Assembly (NCBI GenBank): GCA_049303695.1 | Contig: JBAQNK010000001.1 | Coordinates: 1 to 29,016 of the forward strand | Source: Minisyncoccia bacterium | GTDB taxonomy: Bacteria > Patescibacteriota > Minisyncoccia > Phycocordibacterales > UBA9973 | Direction of reading: 5' to 3' | Length of the DNA: 29,016 nucleotides | Part shown: piece by piece, positions 8,888 through 17,215 of the stretch | Layout: each line of letters begins with the position of its first letter | Numbering within the stretch: the first letter of the stretch is position 1 | Program-made: the position numbers and the translations under genes | Notes under the pieces: model-generated | Told to the model about the DNA's origin: nothing | What the model saw: the letters and a program-made list of their open reading frames with translations, nothing else | Databases searched by the model: none

Positions 8888-8929
8888 AAAATAAAAACCG
8901 TGATATAGTAATATCACGGTTTTTATTTT
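8888..8929 (+). terminator. Intrinsic terminator after rpsP-khpA
   Basis: Perfect 19-bp stem AAAATAAAAACCGTGATAT-AGTA-ATATCACGGTTTTTATTTT. Confidence 0.85.
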
Positions 8930-8948
8930 ATGCATTTTCATATAATTA

Positions 8949-8975
8949 CCCTCCTTCGATAAAGCTTCGGACGGG
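8949..8975. repeat. Short GC-rich REP-like imperfect palindrome just upstream of trmD
   Basis: CCCTCCTTCGATAAAGCTTCGGACGGG in an otherwise very AT-rich spacer; ends can pair (CCCTCC/GGAcGGG). Only one copy in the window. Confidence 0.5.
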
Positions 8976-8988
8976 CAAAGCAATTTTT

Positions 8989-9720
8989 ATGATTAGATTT
9001 CACATTATTACTATATTTCCCGAAATATTTAACTCTTATTTAAATGAGTCTATTGTTGGGCGGGCGATAAAAAACAAGCATATTTTTGTTAAGTTCTATA
9101 ACCCAAGAGATTTTGTTAAGGATAAAAATAAAACTGGTTATAAACCAGTTGATGATAAGCCTTATGGCGGTGGTCCTGGAATGATTATGAAAGCCGAGCC
9201 AGTTTTGAAAGCTGTTGAGAAAGCGATATTGGTTGCTCATAAGTTTTCTTCGGGTCCTCGGTTCTCCTCGCCAAAAGGCTCGGCCAGACCATTCAGAAAA
9301 CTTACAAGCAACCTTAAAATTCAGATTATAAATTTTGTACCAAGCGCAGAAAAGTTTACGACAACTTTTGCAAAGAAAGTTTCAAAAAAATATACGGATA
9401 TTATTTTAATTTGTGGAAGATATGAAGGGATAGATGCGCGAGTTGATAAGATTTTAAAAACAAAAAAGATTTCAGTGGGGGATTATGTTTTAACAGGAGG
9501 TGAACTTCCAGCGATGATTTTAGTTGATTGCATCTCTCGTCAGATTCCTGGAGTACTAGGGAAATATGAATCCTTAGAAGAAGAACGAATTTCTTCAAGT
9601 GAATTTTATACTCGTCCAGAAATTTTAAAATATAAAAATAAAAATTACAAAGTTCCAAAAGTTTTACTTTCAGGGAATCATAAAAAAATAGAAGACTGGA
9701 AAAAGTCTAGTAAAAAATAA
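8989..9720 (+). CDS. trmD: tRNA (guanine37-N1)-methyltransferase TrmD, carrying an in-frame insertion
   Basis: FHIITIFPE, VDDKPYGGGPGMIM, LICGRYEGIDARV, ISVGDYVLTGGELPAM, YTRPE, VPKVLLSGNH. Start at ATG 8989, because the longer ORF from 8881 runs through a terminator. Confidence 0.95.
   Translation: MIRFHIITIFPEIFNSYLNESIVGRAIKNKHIFVKFYNPRDFVKDKNKTGYKPVDDKPYGGGPGMIMKAEPVLKAVEKAILVAHKFSSGPRFSSPKGSARPFRKLTSNLKIQIINFVPSAEKFTTTFAKKVSKKYTDIILICGRYEGIDARVDKILKTKKISVGDYVLTGGELPAMILVDCISRQIPGVLGKYESLEEERISSSEFYTRPEILKYKNKNYKVPKVLLSGNHKKIEDWKKSSKK
9231..9313. mobile_element. 83-bp palindromic MITE/RPE-like element within the trmD coding sequence
   Basis: Arms GGTTGCTCATAAGTTTTCT (9231-9249) and AGAAAACTTACAAGCAACC (9295-9313) are inverted repeats matching at 17 of 19 positions. 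GC-rich core with GGTC/GACC pairing and a GCC-AAAA-GGC hairpin. Confidence 0.7.
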
Positions 9721-9750
9721 AAAATCCTGGGACTTATCTCAGGATTTTTT
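9719..9750. terminator. Bidirectional intrinsic terminator
   Basis: AAAAAATCCTGGGA-CTTA-TCTCAGGATTTTTT between convergent trmD and ORF 9750-10103. Confidence 0.8.
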
Positions 9751-10103
9751 TAAGCTATTTTAAATTGGTATCTTATATTTGTATTACATGGCAACATTTC
9801 TCTTAGTTTTTTTAGGATAATTTTTTTTAATTCATACTTTAAAAGTATGAAGAAAATTAATGAAAAAGTGGTTTTACATATTATCTCTACATTTAATCTA
9901 TCAAATTTGATAGATCCTGTAATTTTTATTTTTTCCATTATTTTAAGAGAAAAGGTTCCTTCTTTTTCTTTATCACACCAATTTTCTTTTAAGTTTGAAA
10001 TTAATTTCTGGTTTTCAAAAACTACTTCTCTTAAAAGGTGTTTTAAGACAATTAACGCTTCTTCCTCATTGAGAAAGTACGTGTGTTTTATTGTTGTTTT
10101 CAT
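9750..10103 (-). CDS. Hypothetical protein resembling the putative polyhydroxyalkanoic acid system family (PHA_gran_rgn)
   Basis: Pattern H..L.EEEAL..LK.LL....IS.L.E.W...GTFS.K.M..ITG.I.....VEI....F matches my recollection of that family; extended -10 TGtTATACT upstream on the minus strand. Confidence 0.55.
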   Translation of the reverse strand: MKTTIKHTYFLNEEEALIVLKHLLREVVFENQKLISNLKENWCDKEKEGTFSLKIMEKIKITGSIKFDRLNVEIICKTTFSLIFFILLKYELKKIILKKLREMLPCNTNIRYQFKIA

Positions 10104-10193
10104 ATCTATAAGTATTTTATGTTAAGGAAATAAATTTTCTAAAAGTATAACATAAAAGGGGATTTACAGTTTAATTACTATCCACAACTATAT

Positions 10194-10221
10194 TTGACTT
10201 AGGTTTTTAAATGTGTATACT
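10194..10221 (+). promoter_or_regulatory. Probable sigma70 promoter for the rpoBC-dnaG-rpoD block
   Basis: TTGACT (10194-10199), 16-nt spacer, TATACT (10216-10221). Confidence 0.6.
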
Positions 10222-10390
10222 ATACAGCACTGATAGATTGAGTTTTGGATGTTACTCTTTTTGCGTTTTTATTAATAGAGCCTTATAGGCATTAAGTTAA
10301 TTAAGTATCTGAAATAAATAAAGAAACTGAGAAAACGTTTTGTGTTTTCTTTTGCGTTATTTTTGTTTATTTTGGAATTTTTATAAACAC

Positions 10391-13300
10391 ATGCAAACAG
10401 AAGCAAAGCGTCCGAAGAAGTATTTTTCTAGATACAAAAAGCCTCTCATTGAATTTCCAAATTTGATACAGGCTCAAGTAAAATCTTTTAAGTGGTTAGT
10501 AGAGACTGGGATAGGAGAAGTATTCAAAGAATTTTCTCCAATAGCAGATTATTCAGGAAAAAAATTCCAACTCGACTTTACTTCTTTCTCTCTTAGCGAA
10601 CCAAAGTGTGATGAAAATTATGCCAAAGTAAACAAACTTTCTTATGAAGGACTTTTGAAAGCTCGCGTAAAGTTAACAAATAAAATTTTAGGAACAATTA
10701 AAGAACAAGAAATTTTTATATCTGAAATTCCGTTAATGACAAATCACGGAACTTTTATAATAAATGGAGTAGAGCGTGTCATAGTTCCACAACTTGCACG
10801 TTCTTTCGGAGTTTTCTTTACAGAATCTGAAAATAAAGGGAAAAGATGTTTTGGTGCAAAAATTATTCCAGCTCGTGGAGTTTGGATTGAAATAGAATCA
10901 GAAGCCGATGGAGGAATTTATATAAGAATAGATAAAAAGAGAAAGTTTCCAGCAACAGCACTACTTCGCGCAATGGGATTTCATACTGATGAAATGATGC
11001 TGAAAGCTTTCGGAAAAAATTCTACTCACGAAGAAGCTATCAAGGCTTGTTTAGCAAAAGACATAGCAAAGAATATAAATGATGCATACATAGAAATATA
11101 TAAACGTCTAAGAGACGGAGACATGGCAACAGCAGACAATGCTAAAGAATTTTTTGATGCTTTGTTTACATCAGAAAGATATGATCTTTCTCCAGTTGGA
11201 CGATTCAGATTCAACAAGCGTTTTGAAAAACCAATGGATGAAATTGAACTTGCTCGCAGAACTATTTCCAAAGAAGACTTAATAACTGTATTTGCAAACA
11301 TTATTGATTTAAATAATACACCAGGAGCAAAAGCAGACGATATAGATCACTTAGGTCAAAGAAGAGTGCGTTTTGTTGGTGAAATGCTTCAACAAAAAAT
11401 TCGTACAGGAATGATGCAAATAAAGAGAAATATTCAAGACAGAATGTCTACTATTGATGTTGATACAGCAATGCCAATACAAGTGATAAACCAACGTCCA
11501 TTACAGGCTCGTATTAAAGAATTTTTCACAACTAACCAACTTTCACAATTTATGGCACAGGAAAATGTGCTTTACGAGATGGAACACTTACGTACGCTCT
11601 CAGCTCTTGGACCCGGAGGTTTAACTCGTGAACGTGCAGGTCTTGAAGTTCGTGACGTGCATCCTTCTCACTATGGACGTGTTTGTCCTATTCATACACC
11701 TGAAGGTCCAAACATCGGACTTATCTTACACATTGCAACTTATGCAAAAATAAATGATTTCGGAATTATTGAAACTCCTTATGTAAAAGTTAAAAATGGA
11801 AAAATAACTGGTGAAATTGTTTATTTGAATGCGCTTGAAGAAGAAAAATATAACATTGCTCATGCCGGAATTCCTTATGATGAAGAGGGAAGAATAACAG
11901 AAGATAAAGTTGAAGCAAGAATGAAAACAGTACCAGGTATGATTTCAAAAAATGAAGTTGATTTTATCGATGTTGCTACTAACCAAGCTTTCTCTATTGC
12001 AACTTCTCTTATTCCTTTCTTGGAACACAATGATGCTAACCGTGCACTCATGGGAAGTAACATGCAGAAGCAAGCTGTTCCTTGTGTTCTTCCTGAAGCA
12101 CCGCTTGTTGCAACGGGTATTGAAGAATTAGCATCTCGTGATTCAGGCAGATTGATTATTTCAGAAGAAGAAGGAGTTGTTTCATATTTGGATGCGAAGA
12201 AAATAATTATTAAAGGAAAATCAGAAAAAACTTATTCTCTCGTTAACTTCTTAAGAAACAATAACTTTTCTGCATTTCACCAAAGACCAGCCGTCAATGT
12301 CGGAGATAAGGTAAAAAAGGGAGAAGTGTTAGCTGATACTTCAAGTACTGTCGGAGGACAAATTTCATTAGGACAAAATATTTTTGTTGCTTTCTTGTCA
12401 TGGAGCGGATCAAACTATGAAGACGCTATAATCGTTTCTGAAAGATTAGTGAAAAATAGTAAATTCACATCTATTTATGTTGAAGAATTTATTTGTACAG
12501 TTCGTGATACAAAACTCGGACCTGAAATAACTACTCGTGATATTCCAAATGTTGGTGAACTTAAATTAAAAGATTTGGATGAAGATGGCGTTGTTCGTGT
12601 TGGAGCAGAAGTTCGTGAGAATGATATTTTGGTTGGTAAAATTACTCCAAAAGGGGAAAGTGAACTTACTCCAGAAGAAAGATTGCTCCGTTCAATTTTC
12701 GCTGAAAAAGCACGTGATGTAAAAGATACATCATTACGTATGGAACACGGAAAGCGTGGACGCATAATTGGCGTAAAGATTTTCTCTCGTGATTTAGGTC
12801 ACACTCTTGAAGCTGGAATTATTAAAAAAATTGTTATTGAAGTAGCTCAAATAAGAAATATTTCAGTGGGAGATAAACTTTCTGGAAGACACGGAAACAA
12901 AGGTGTTATTTCAACAGTTCTTCCTGAAGAAGATATGCCATATATGGCAGATGGTACGCCAGTAGATATTATACTTTCACCACTTGGTGTTCCTTCTCGT
13001 ATGAACTTGGGACAGATTTTGGAAATTCACTTAGGAATGGCTGCAAATACTTTAGGATATCAAGCTATCGTTCCTCCATTCTTAGGATCAAGACATGAAG
13101 AAATCAGTGAAGAATTGAAAAAAGCTGGGCTTCCAGAAAATGGAAAAATGAAACTTTTTGATGGACGTACTGGAGATGCATTCCAGCAAGACGTAGCTGT
13201 TGGTTATATGTATATGTTGAAACTTCACCACATGGTGGAAGACAAGATACATATGCGTTCAATTGGTCCTTACTCTCTTATTACTCAACAACCTCTTGGA

Positions 13301-13567
13301 GGAAAGGCTCAAGGTGGAGGACAAAGATTCGGAGAAATGGAAGTCTGGGCTCTTGAAGGTTACGGTGCATCTTACACACTTCGTGAAATGCTAACTATTA
13401 AGTCTGACGATATTATGGGTCGCTCTCAGACATTCGATTCTATTATCAAAAATGAAGAAATTAAGTCACCAAATTCACCTGCATCATTTAATGTTATGTT
13501 AAATTATTTGCGAGGACTTGCGCTTGATGTGAGCTTAAATAAATCTTCAGATAAGGATTTAGATTAA
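10391..13567 (+). CDS. rpoB: DNA-directed RNA polymerase subunit beta
   Basis: GTFIINGVERVIV, LSALGPGGLTRERAG, TPEGPNIGL, RALMGSNMQKQAVP, GDKLSGRHGNKG, GGQRFGEMEVWALE. ATG at 10391 preferred over TTG at 10340. Confidence 0.98.
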   Translation: MQTEAKRPKKYFSRYKKPLIEFPNLIQAQVKSFKWLVETGIGEVFKEFSPIADYSGKKFQLDFTSFSLSEPKCDENYAKVNKLSYEGLLKARVKLTNKILGTIKEQEIFISEIPLMTNHGTFIINGVERVIVPQLARSFGVFFTESENKGKRCFGAKIIPARGVWIEIESEADGGIYIRIDKKRKFPATALLRAMGFHTDEMMLKAFGKNSTHEEAIKACLAKDIAKNINDAYIEIYKRLRDGDMATADNAKEFFDALFTSERYDLSPVGRFRFNKRFEKPMDEIELARRTISKEDLITVFANIIDLNNTPGAKADDIDHLGQRRVRFVGEMLQQKIRTGMMQIKRNIQDRMSTIDVDTAMPIQVINQRPLQARIKEFFTTNQLSQFMAQENVLYEMEHLRTLSALGPGGLTRERAGLEVRDVHPSHYGRVCPIHTPEGPNIGLILHIATYAKINDFGIIETPYVKVKNGKITGEIVYLNALEEEKYNIAHAGIPYDEEGRITEDKVEARMKTVPGMISKNEVDFIDVATNQAFSIATSLIPFLEHNDANRALMGSNMQKQAVPCVLPEAPLVATGIEELASRDSGRLIISEEEGVVSYLDAKKIIIKGKSEKTYSLVNFLRNNNFSAFHQRPAVNVGDKVKKGEVLADTSSTVGGQISLGQNIFVAFLSWSGSNYEDAIIVSERLVKNSKFTSIYVEEFICTVRDTKLGPEITTRDIPNVGELKLKDLDEDGVVRVGAEVRENDILVGKITPKGESELTPEERLLRSIFAEKARDVKDTSLRMEHGKRGRIIGVKIFSRDLGHTLEAGIIKKIVIEVAQIRNISVGDKLSGRHGNKGVISTVLPEEDMPYMADGTPVDIILSPLGVPSRMNLGQILEIHLGMAANTLGYQAIVPPFLGSRHEEISEELKKAGLPENGKMKLFDGRTGDAFQQDVAVGYMYMLKLHHMVEDKIHMRSIGPYSLITQQPLGGKAQGGGQRFGEMEVWALEGYGASYTLREMLTIKSDDIMGRSQTFDSIIKNEEIKSPNSPASFNVMLNYLRGLALDVSLNKSSDKDLD

Positions 13568-13594
13568 TATTAAAAAACAAATCTTAAAAAATAT

Positions 13595-16500
13595 ATGAAA
13601 ACTCTAAATACAACTGAATTTGATAATATAATGATAAAGCTCGCTTCACCCGAGCAAATCAAAGAATGGTCTTATGGGGAAGTCACCAAGCCTGAAACGA
13701 TAAATTATCGTACAGGTAGATCTGAAAGAGGCGGTCTTTTTGATGAAAAAATATTCGGTCCTGAAAAGGATTATGAATGTTATTGTGGAAAGTATCGTAG
13801 AATTCGTTATAAAGATATTATTTGTGAAAAATGTGGAGTGGAGGTTACTCGTTCTGCTGTGAGACGTGAGAGAATGGGACATATTGAACTTTCAACACCT
13901 GTTTCTCATATTTGGTTTTTGCGTGGTGTTCCTTCACGAATGAGTATTCTTCTAAACATTGCAGTTTCTGATCTTGAAAAAGTTATTTATTTTGCAGGTT
14001 ATATAATTACAAAAGTTTACGAAGAAGAAAAAGAAAAACTAATAGAAAGTCTAGATAAAGAATATAAAGCAAAATTAAAAAATTCTGCTGACGATGATAC
14101 TAGAGAAAAATTAAAGAATCTTCTTTCAAGCACTAAAAAAGAAATTGGAGAAATTTACGAAGGAAAGGTTTTGAATGAAATTTCTTTTCATCATTATTCT
14201 TTAAAATACGGAACATGTTTTGAAGCTAATATTGGAGCTGAAGCTATTTATTCTATATTCAAAAATCTTGATCTAAATAAACTTAAAGCTCACACTGAAA
14301 AAATGCTTGAAAAAGCAAGTATGGCTGAAAAAGAGAAATTACAAAAAAGGCTTTCTCTTATTCGTGCTATGATTTACGCTTCAATCAGACCAGAATGGAT
14401 GTTCTTAACAGTTATCCCTGTTATCCCTCCAGTTCTTCGTCCAATGGTTGCTCTTGATGGTGGAAGACATGCAACAAGTGATTTGAATGACCTATACAGA
14501 AGAGTTATAAATAGAAATAATCGTTTAAGAAAACTTAAAGAAATTAATGCTCCAGATGTCATTCTTAGAAATGAAAAAAGAATTATTCAGGAAGCAGTAG
14601 ATGCTCTTATTGACAATTCAATTGCAAAACAAAACGATAGCGCTGCTATGAGTCAATCTCAAAAACGTCCACTTAAATCTTTGTCCGACAATTTGAAATC
14701 AAAGCAAGGTCTTTTCCGTCAAAACTTGCTTGGAAAACGTGTAGACTATTCTGGACGTTCTGTTATTGTGGTTGGTCCTCAACTTAAACTTAATCAATGT
14801 GGTTTACCAAAACACATGGCTCTTGAGCTTTTTAAGCCATTCGTAATTTCTAAAATTTTACAAGCTGAACTCGCATTCAATATTCGTGGAGCAAATAAAT
14901 TAATAGAAGAACGCACTCCAGAAGTTTGGGCAATGCTTGAAGAAGTTATTCAAGGAAAATATGTTCTATTAAACCGTGCGCCAACTTTGCACCGTTTAGG
15001 TATACAAGCTTTCAATCCTATTTTAATTGAAGGAAATGCTATCCAAGTGCATCCACTCGTTTGTCAGGCTTTCAATGCTGACTTCGACGGAGACCAGATG
15101 GCTGTTTATCTTCCTCTTTCAGAAGAAGCGCAATGGGAAGCTAAAAAATTAATGGCAGCAAATAAGAACTTACTTAAACCTCAAAACGGTGATCCGATAG
15201 TGCACCCAAGTAAAGACATGGTGCTTGGATCTTTCTGGATGACTAAATCTGTAGATGGAGAAGTCGGAGAAGGAAAATATTTTTCTAGTCCAAATACAGC
15301 GATTACTGCTTACAATTTCAGGATTGTATCTCTTCGCGCAAAAATAAAAGTTATGGCTACTGATTCTCCTAAATATAAAAAATTTGATGGTGGTATTTTT
15401 GAAACTTCTGTCGGAAGACTTTTGTTCAACAGTATTTTGCCAAATGATTTTTCTTACGTTAATGATGAAATGACTCAAAAGAGATTGTCTGCACTTGTTG
15501 ATGAACTTATCATGTACTACGGTGTAGATAAAACTCCAGCTGTTTTGGATAAAATTAAAGAATTCGGTTTCAAATATTCAACAGTTTCTGGTACTACTTG
15601 GGGATTAGATAACGTGAAAGTTCCAGTAGAAAAATCAAAAATAATTGCTGATAGTAAAAAATTAGAAGAGGAAGTTGTTTCTCAGTGGAGCGATGGTCTT
15701 CTTTCTGAAGATGAAAGATATCAGAAAATTATTGAAATATGGACACAAGCTAAAAAAGAATTAGAAAAAGTTTTACCTAAGACTCTTGATAAAAATGGTT
15801 CTACTTATGATTTGTTTACTTCTGGAGCCCGCGGAACTATGACGTCTTTAGTTCAGATGACTGGTATGAAAGGACTTATTCAAAACAACCAAGGAAAGAC
15901 ATTGGAATTCCCAATTATTCCTTGTTACCATGAAGGACTTTCTCCTGTTCAGTATTTCGTCACTACGCACGGTGCTCGTAAAGGTGCATCAGACACAGCT
16001 CTTAACACAGCAAAAGCCGGGTACTTAACTCGTAGATTAGTTGATGTTGCACAAGATGTCGTTATCACTGAAGAAGATTGTGGAACTAAAGAAGGTAAAA
16101 TGGTAAGTAAAGAAAATGTTTCTGGAATTGAAATTCCACTATCAAAAAATATTCGTGGACGAGTACTTGCTCTAGATTTGAAAGATAAAGATGGAAATGT
16201 AGTTTACAAGAAAGGATTCTTAGTTACAAAAGAAGAAGCACGTAATATTGAAGGTGCAGGATTTACAGAAGTTTATGTTCGTTCTCCACTTACTTGTCGA
16301 ACCGTTCACGGTCTTTGTCAGATGTGTTACGGATTAGACTTGGGAAGAAATCATTTGGTTGATTTAGGTGAAGCTGTTGGTATTATCGCAGCTCAAGCTA
16401 TTGGTGAACCAGGTACTCAGCTTACACTTCGTACATTCCATGCCGGAGGTGTCGCAGGTACTGACATAACCACAGGTCTTCCTCGTGTTGAAGAAATTTT

Positions 16501-17206
16501 TGAAAGAAGAATTCCTAAAAACCCAGCTGTTGTTTCAGAGACTGATGGAGAAGTTATAGAGATAAAAGATAAAGATGGAAAGGAAAAAATAATAAAAGTT
16601 CTTTCTGACACTAAGGTTGATGGGAAATCAAATGAAATAGAATATATTGCTCCATTCCGTAGAATTCCGATAATTAAAGTTGGTAGTAAAGTAAAAAAGG
16701 GTGAAACTCTAACTGACGGTTCTGCCGATATTGCTGAGATATTCAAATTCGGTAGCAAAGAAATGGCTGAAGAATATATCATCAGAGAAATAAATAAAGT
16801 TTATGAACTTCAAAGTGCTTCTATTTCAAGAAAACATACAGAAATAATAATTCGTCAGATGTTCTCCAGAAGAAGAATCAAAGATTCAGGTGAAACGAAT
16901 TTCTCTTTAGGAGATATCGTAGAAAACACTTCATTCTTAGAAGAGAATGCTAGAGTTACAAAAGATGGAGGTAAAGAAGCAAAGGCTGAAACGATTGCAC
17001 TTGGAATCACTGAAGTTTCACTTCGTACCAAGAGTTGGTTATCAGCTGCATCGTTCCAAAATACAAATCGTGTTCTTATTGAAAATGCAGTTAAGGGTGG
17101 AATTGACTATTTGAGAGGTTTGAAGGAAAATGTAATTATCGGAAGATTAATTCCAGCAGGAACTGGATTTAAAAATAACATATCAGAGTTTAAGAAAGAA
17201 GAATAA
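13595..17206 (+). CDS. rpoC: DNA-directed RNA polymerase subunit beta'
   Basis: Zinc finger CYCGKY..CEKC, catalytic NADFDGDQMAV, GEPGTQLTLRTFH, second zinc site, GLKENVIIGRLIPAGTG. Confidence 0.98.
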   Translation: MKTLNTTEFDNIMIKLASPEQIKEWSYGEVTKPETINYRTGRSERGGLFDEKIFGPEKDYECYCGKYRRIRYKDIICEKCGVEVTRSAVRRERMGHIELSTPVSHIWFLRGVPSRMSILLNIAVSDLEKVIYFAGYIITKVYEEEKEKLIESLDKEYKAKLKNSADDDTREKLKNLLSSTKKEIGEIYEGKVLNEISFHHYSLKYGTCFEANIGAEAIYSIFKNLDLNKLKAHTEKMLEKASMAEKEKLQKRLSLIRAMIYASIRPEWMFLTVIPVIPPVLRPMVALDGGRHATSDLNDLYRRVINRNNRLRKLKEINAPDVILRNEKRIIQEAVDALIDNSIAKQNDSAAMSQSQKRPLKSLSDNLKSKQGLFRQNLLGKRVDYSGRSVIVVGPQLKLNQCGLPKHMALELFKPFVISKILQAELAFNIRGANKLIEERTPEVWAMLEEVIQGKYVLLNRAPTLHRLGIQAFNPILIEGNAIQVHPLVCQAFNADFDGDQMAVYLPLSEEAQWEAKKLMAANKNLLKPQNGDPIVHPSKDMVLGSFWMTKSVDGEVGEGKYFSSPNTAITAYNFRIVSLRAKIKVMATDSPKYKKFDGGIFETSVGRLLFNSILPNDFSYVNDEMTQKRLSALVDELIMYYGVDKTPAVLDKIKEFGFKYSTVSGTTWGLDNVKVPVEKSKIIADSKKLEEEVVSQWSDGLLSEDERYQKIIEIWTQAKKELEKVLPKTLDKNGSTYDLFTSGARGTMTSLVQMTGMKGLIQNNQGKTLEFPIIPCYHEGLSPVQYFVTTHGARKGASDTALNTAKAGYLTRRLVDVAQDVVITEEDCGTKEGKMVSKENVSGIEIPLSKNIRGRVLALDLKDKDGNVVYKKGFLVTKEEARNIEGAGFTEVYVRSPLTCRTVHGLCQMCYGLDLGRNHLVDLGEAVGIIAAQAIGEPGTQLTLRTFHAGGVAGTDITTGLPRVEEIFERRIPKNPAVVSETDGEVIEIKDKDGKEKIIKVLSDTKVDGKSNEIEYIAPFRRIPIIKVGSKVKKGETLTDGSADIAEIFKFGSKEMAEEYIIREINKVYELQSASISRKHTEIIIRQMFSRRRIKDSGETNFSLGDIVENTSFLEENARVTKDGGKEAKAETIALGITEVSLRTKSWLSAASFQNTNRVLIENAVKGGIDYLRGLKENVIIGRLIPAGTGFKNNISEFKKEE

Positions 17207-17215
17207 TTTGTATTT

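Noticed and set aside
8881..8988. 36-aa N-terminal extension of TrmD in the ORF track
   Set aside because: It runs through a perfect terminator hairpin and the REP-like motif; TrmD homology begins at ATG 8989.
9847..10125. Plus-strand 92-aa ORF opposite ORF 9750-10103
   Set aside because: The minus-strand ORF has a family-like pattern, a promoter motif and ends at the terminator; this one looks like its shadow.
10340..10390. TTG-start extension of RpoB (likewise nusB 135, proS 26325, and the rpsB ATG at 26307)
   Set aside because: No homology in the extensions; downstream ATGs fit better, and for proS and rpsB the extensions overlap the predicted promoters.
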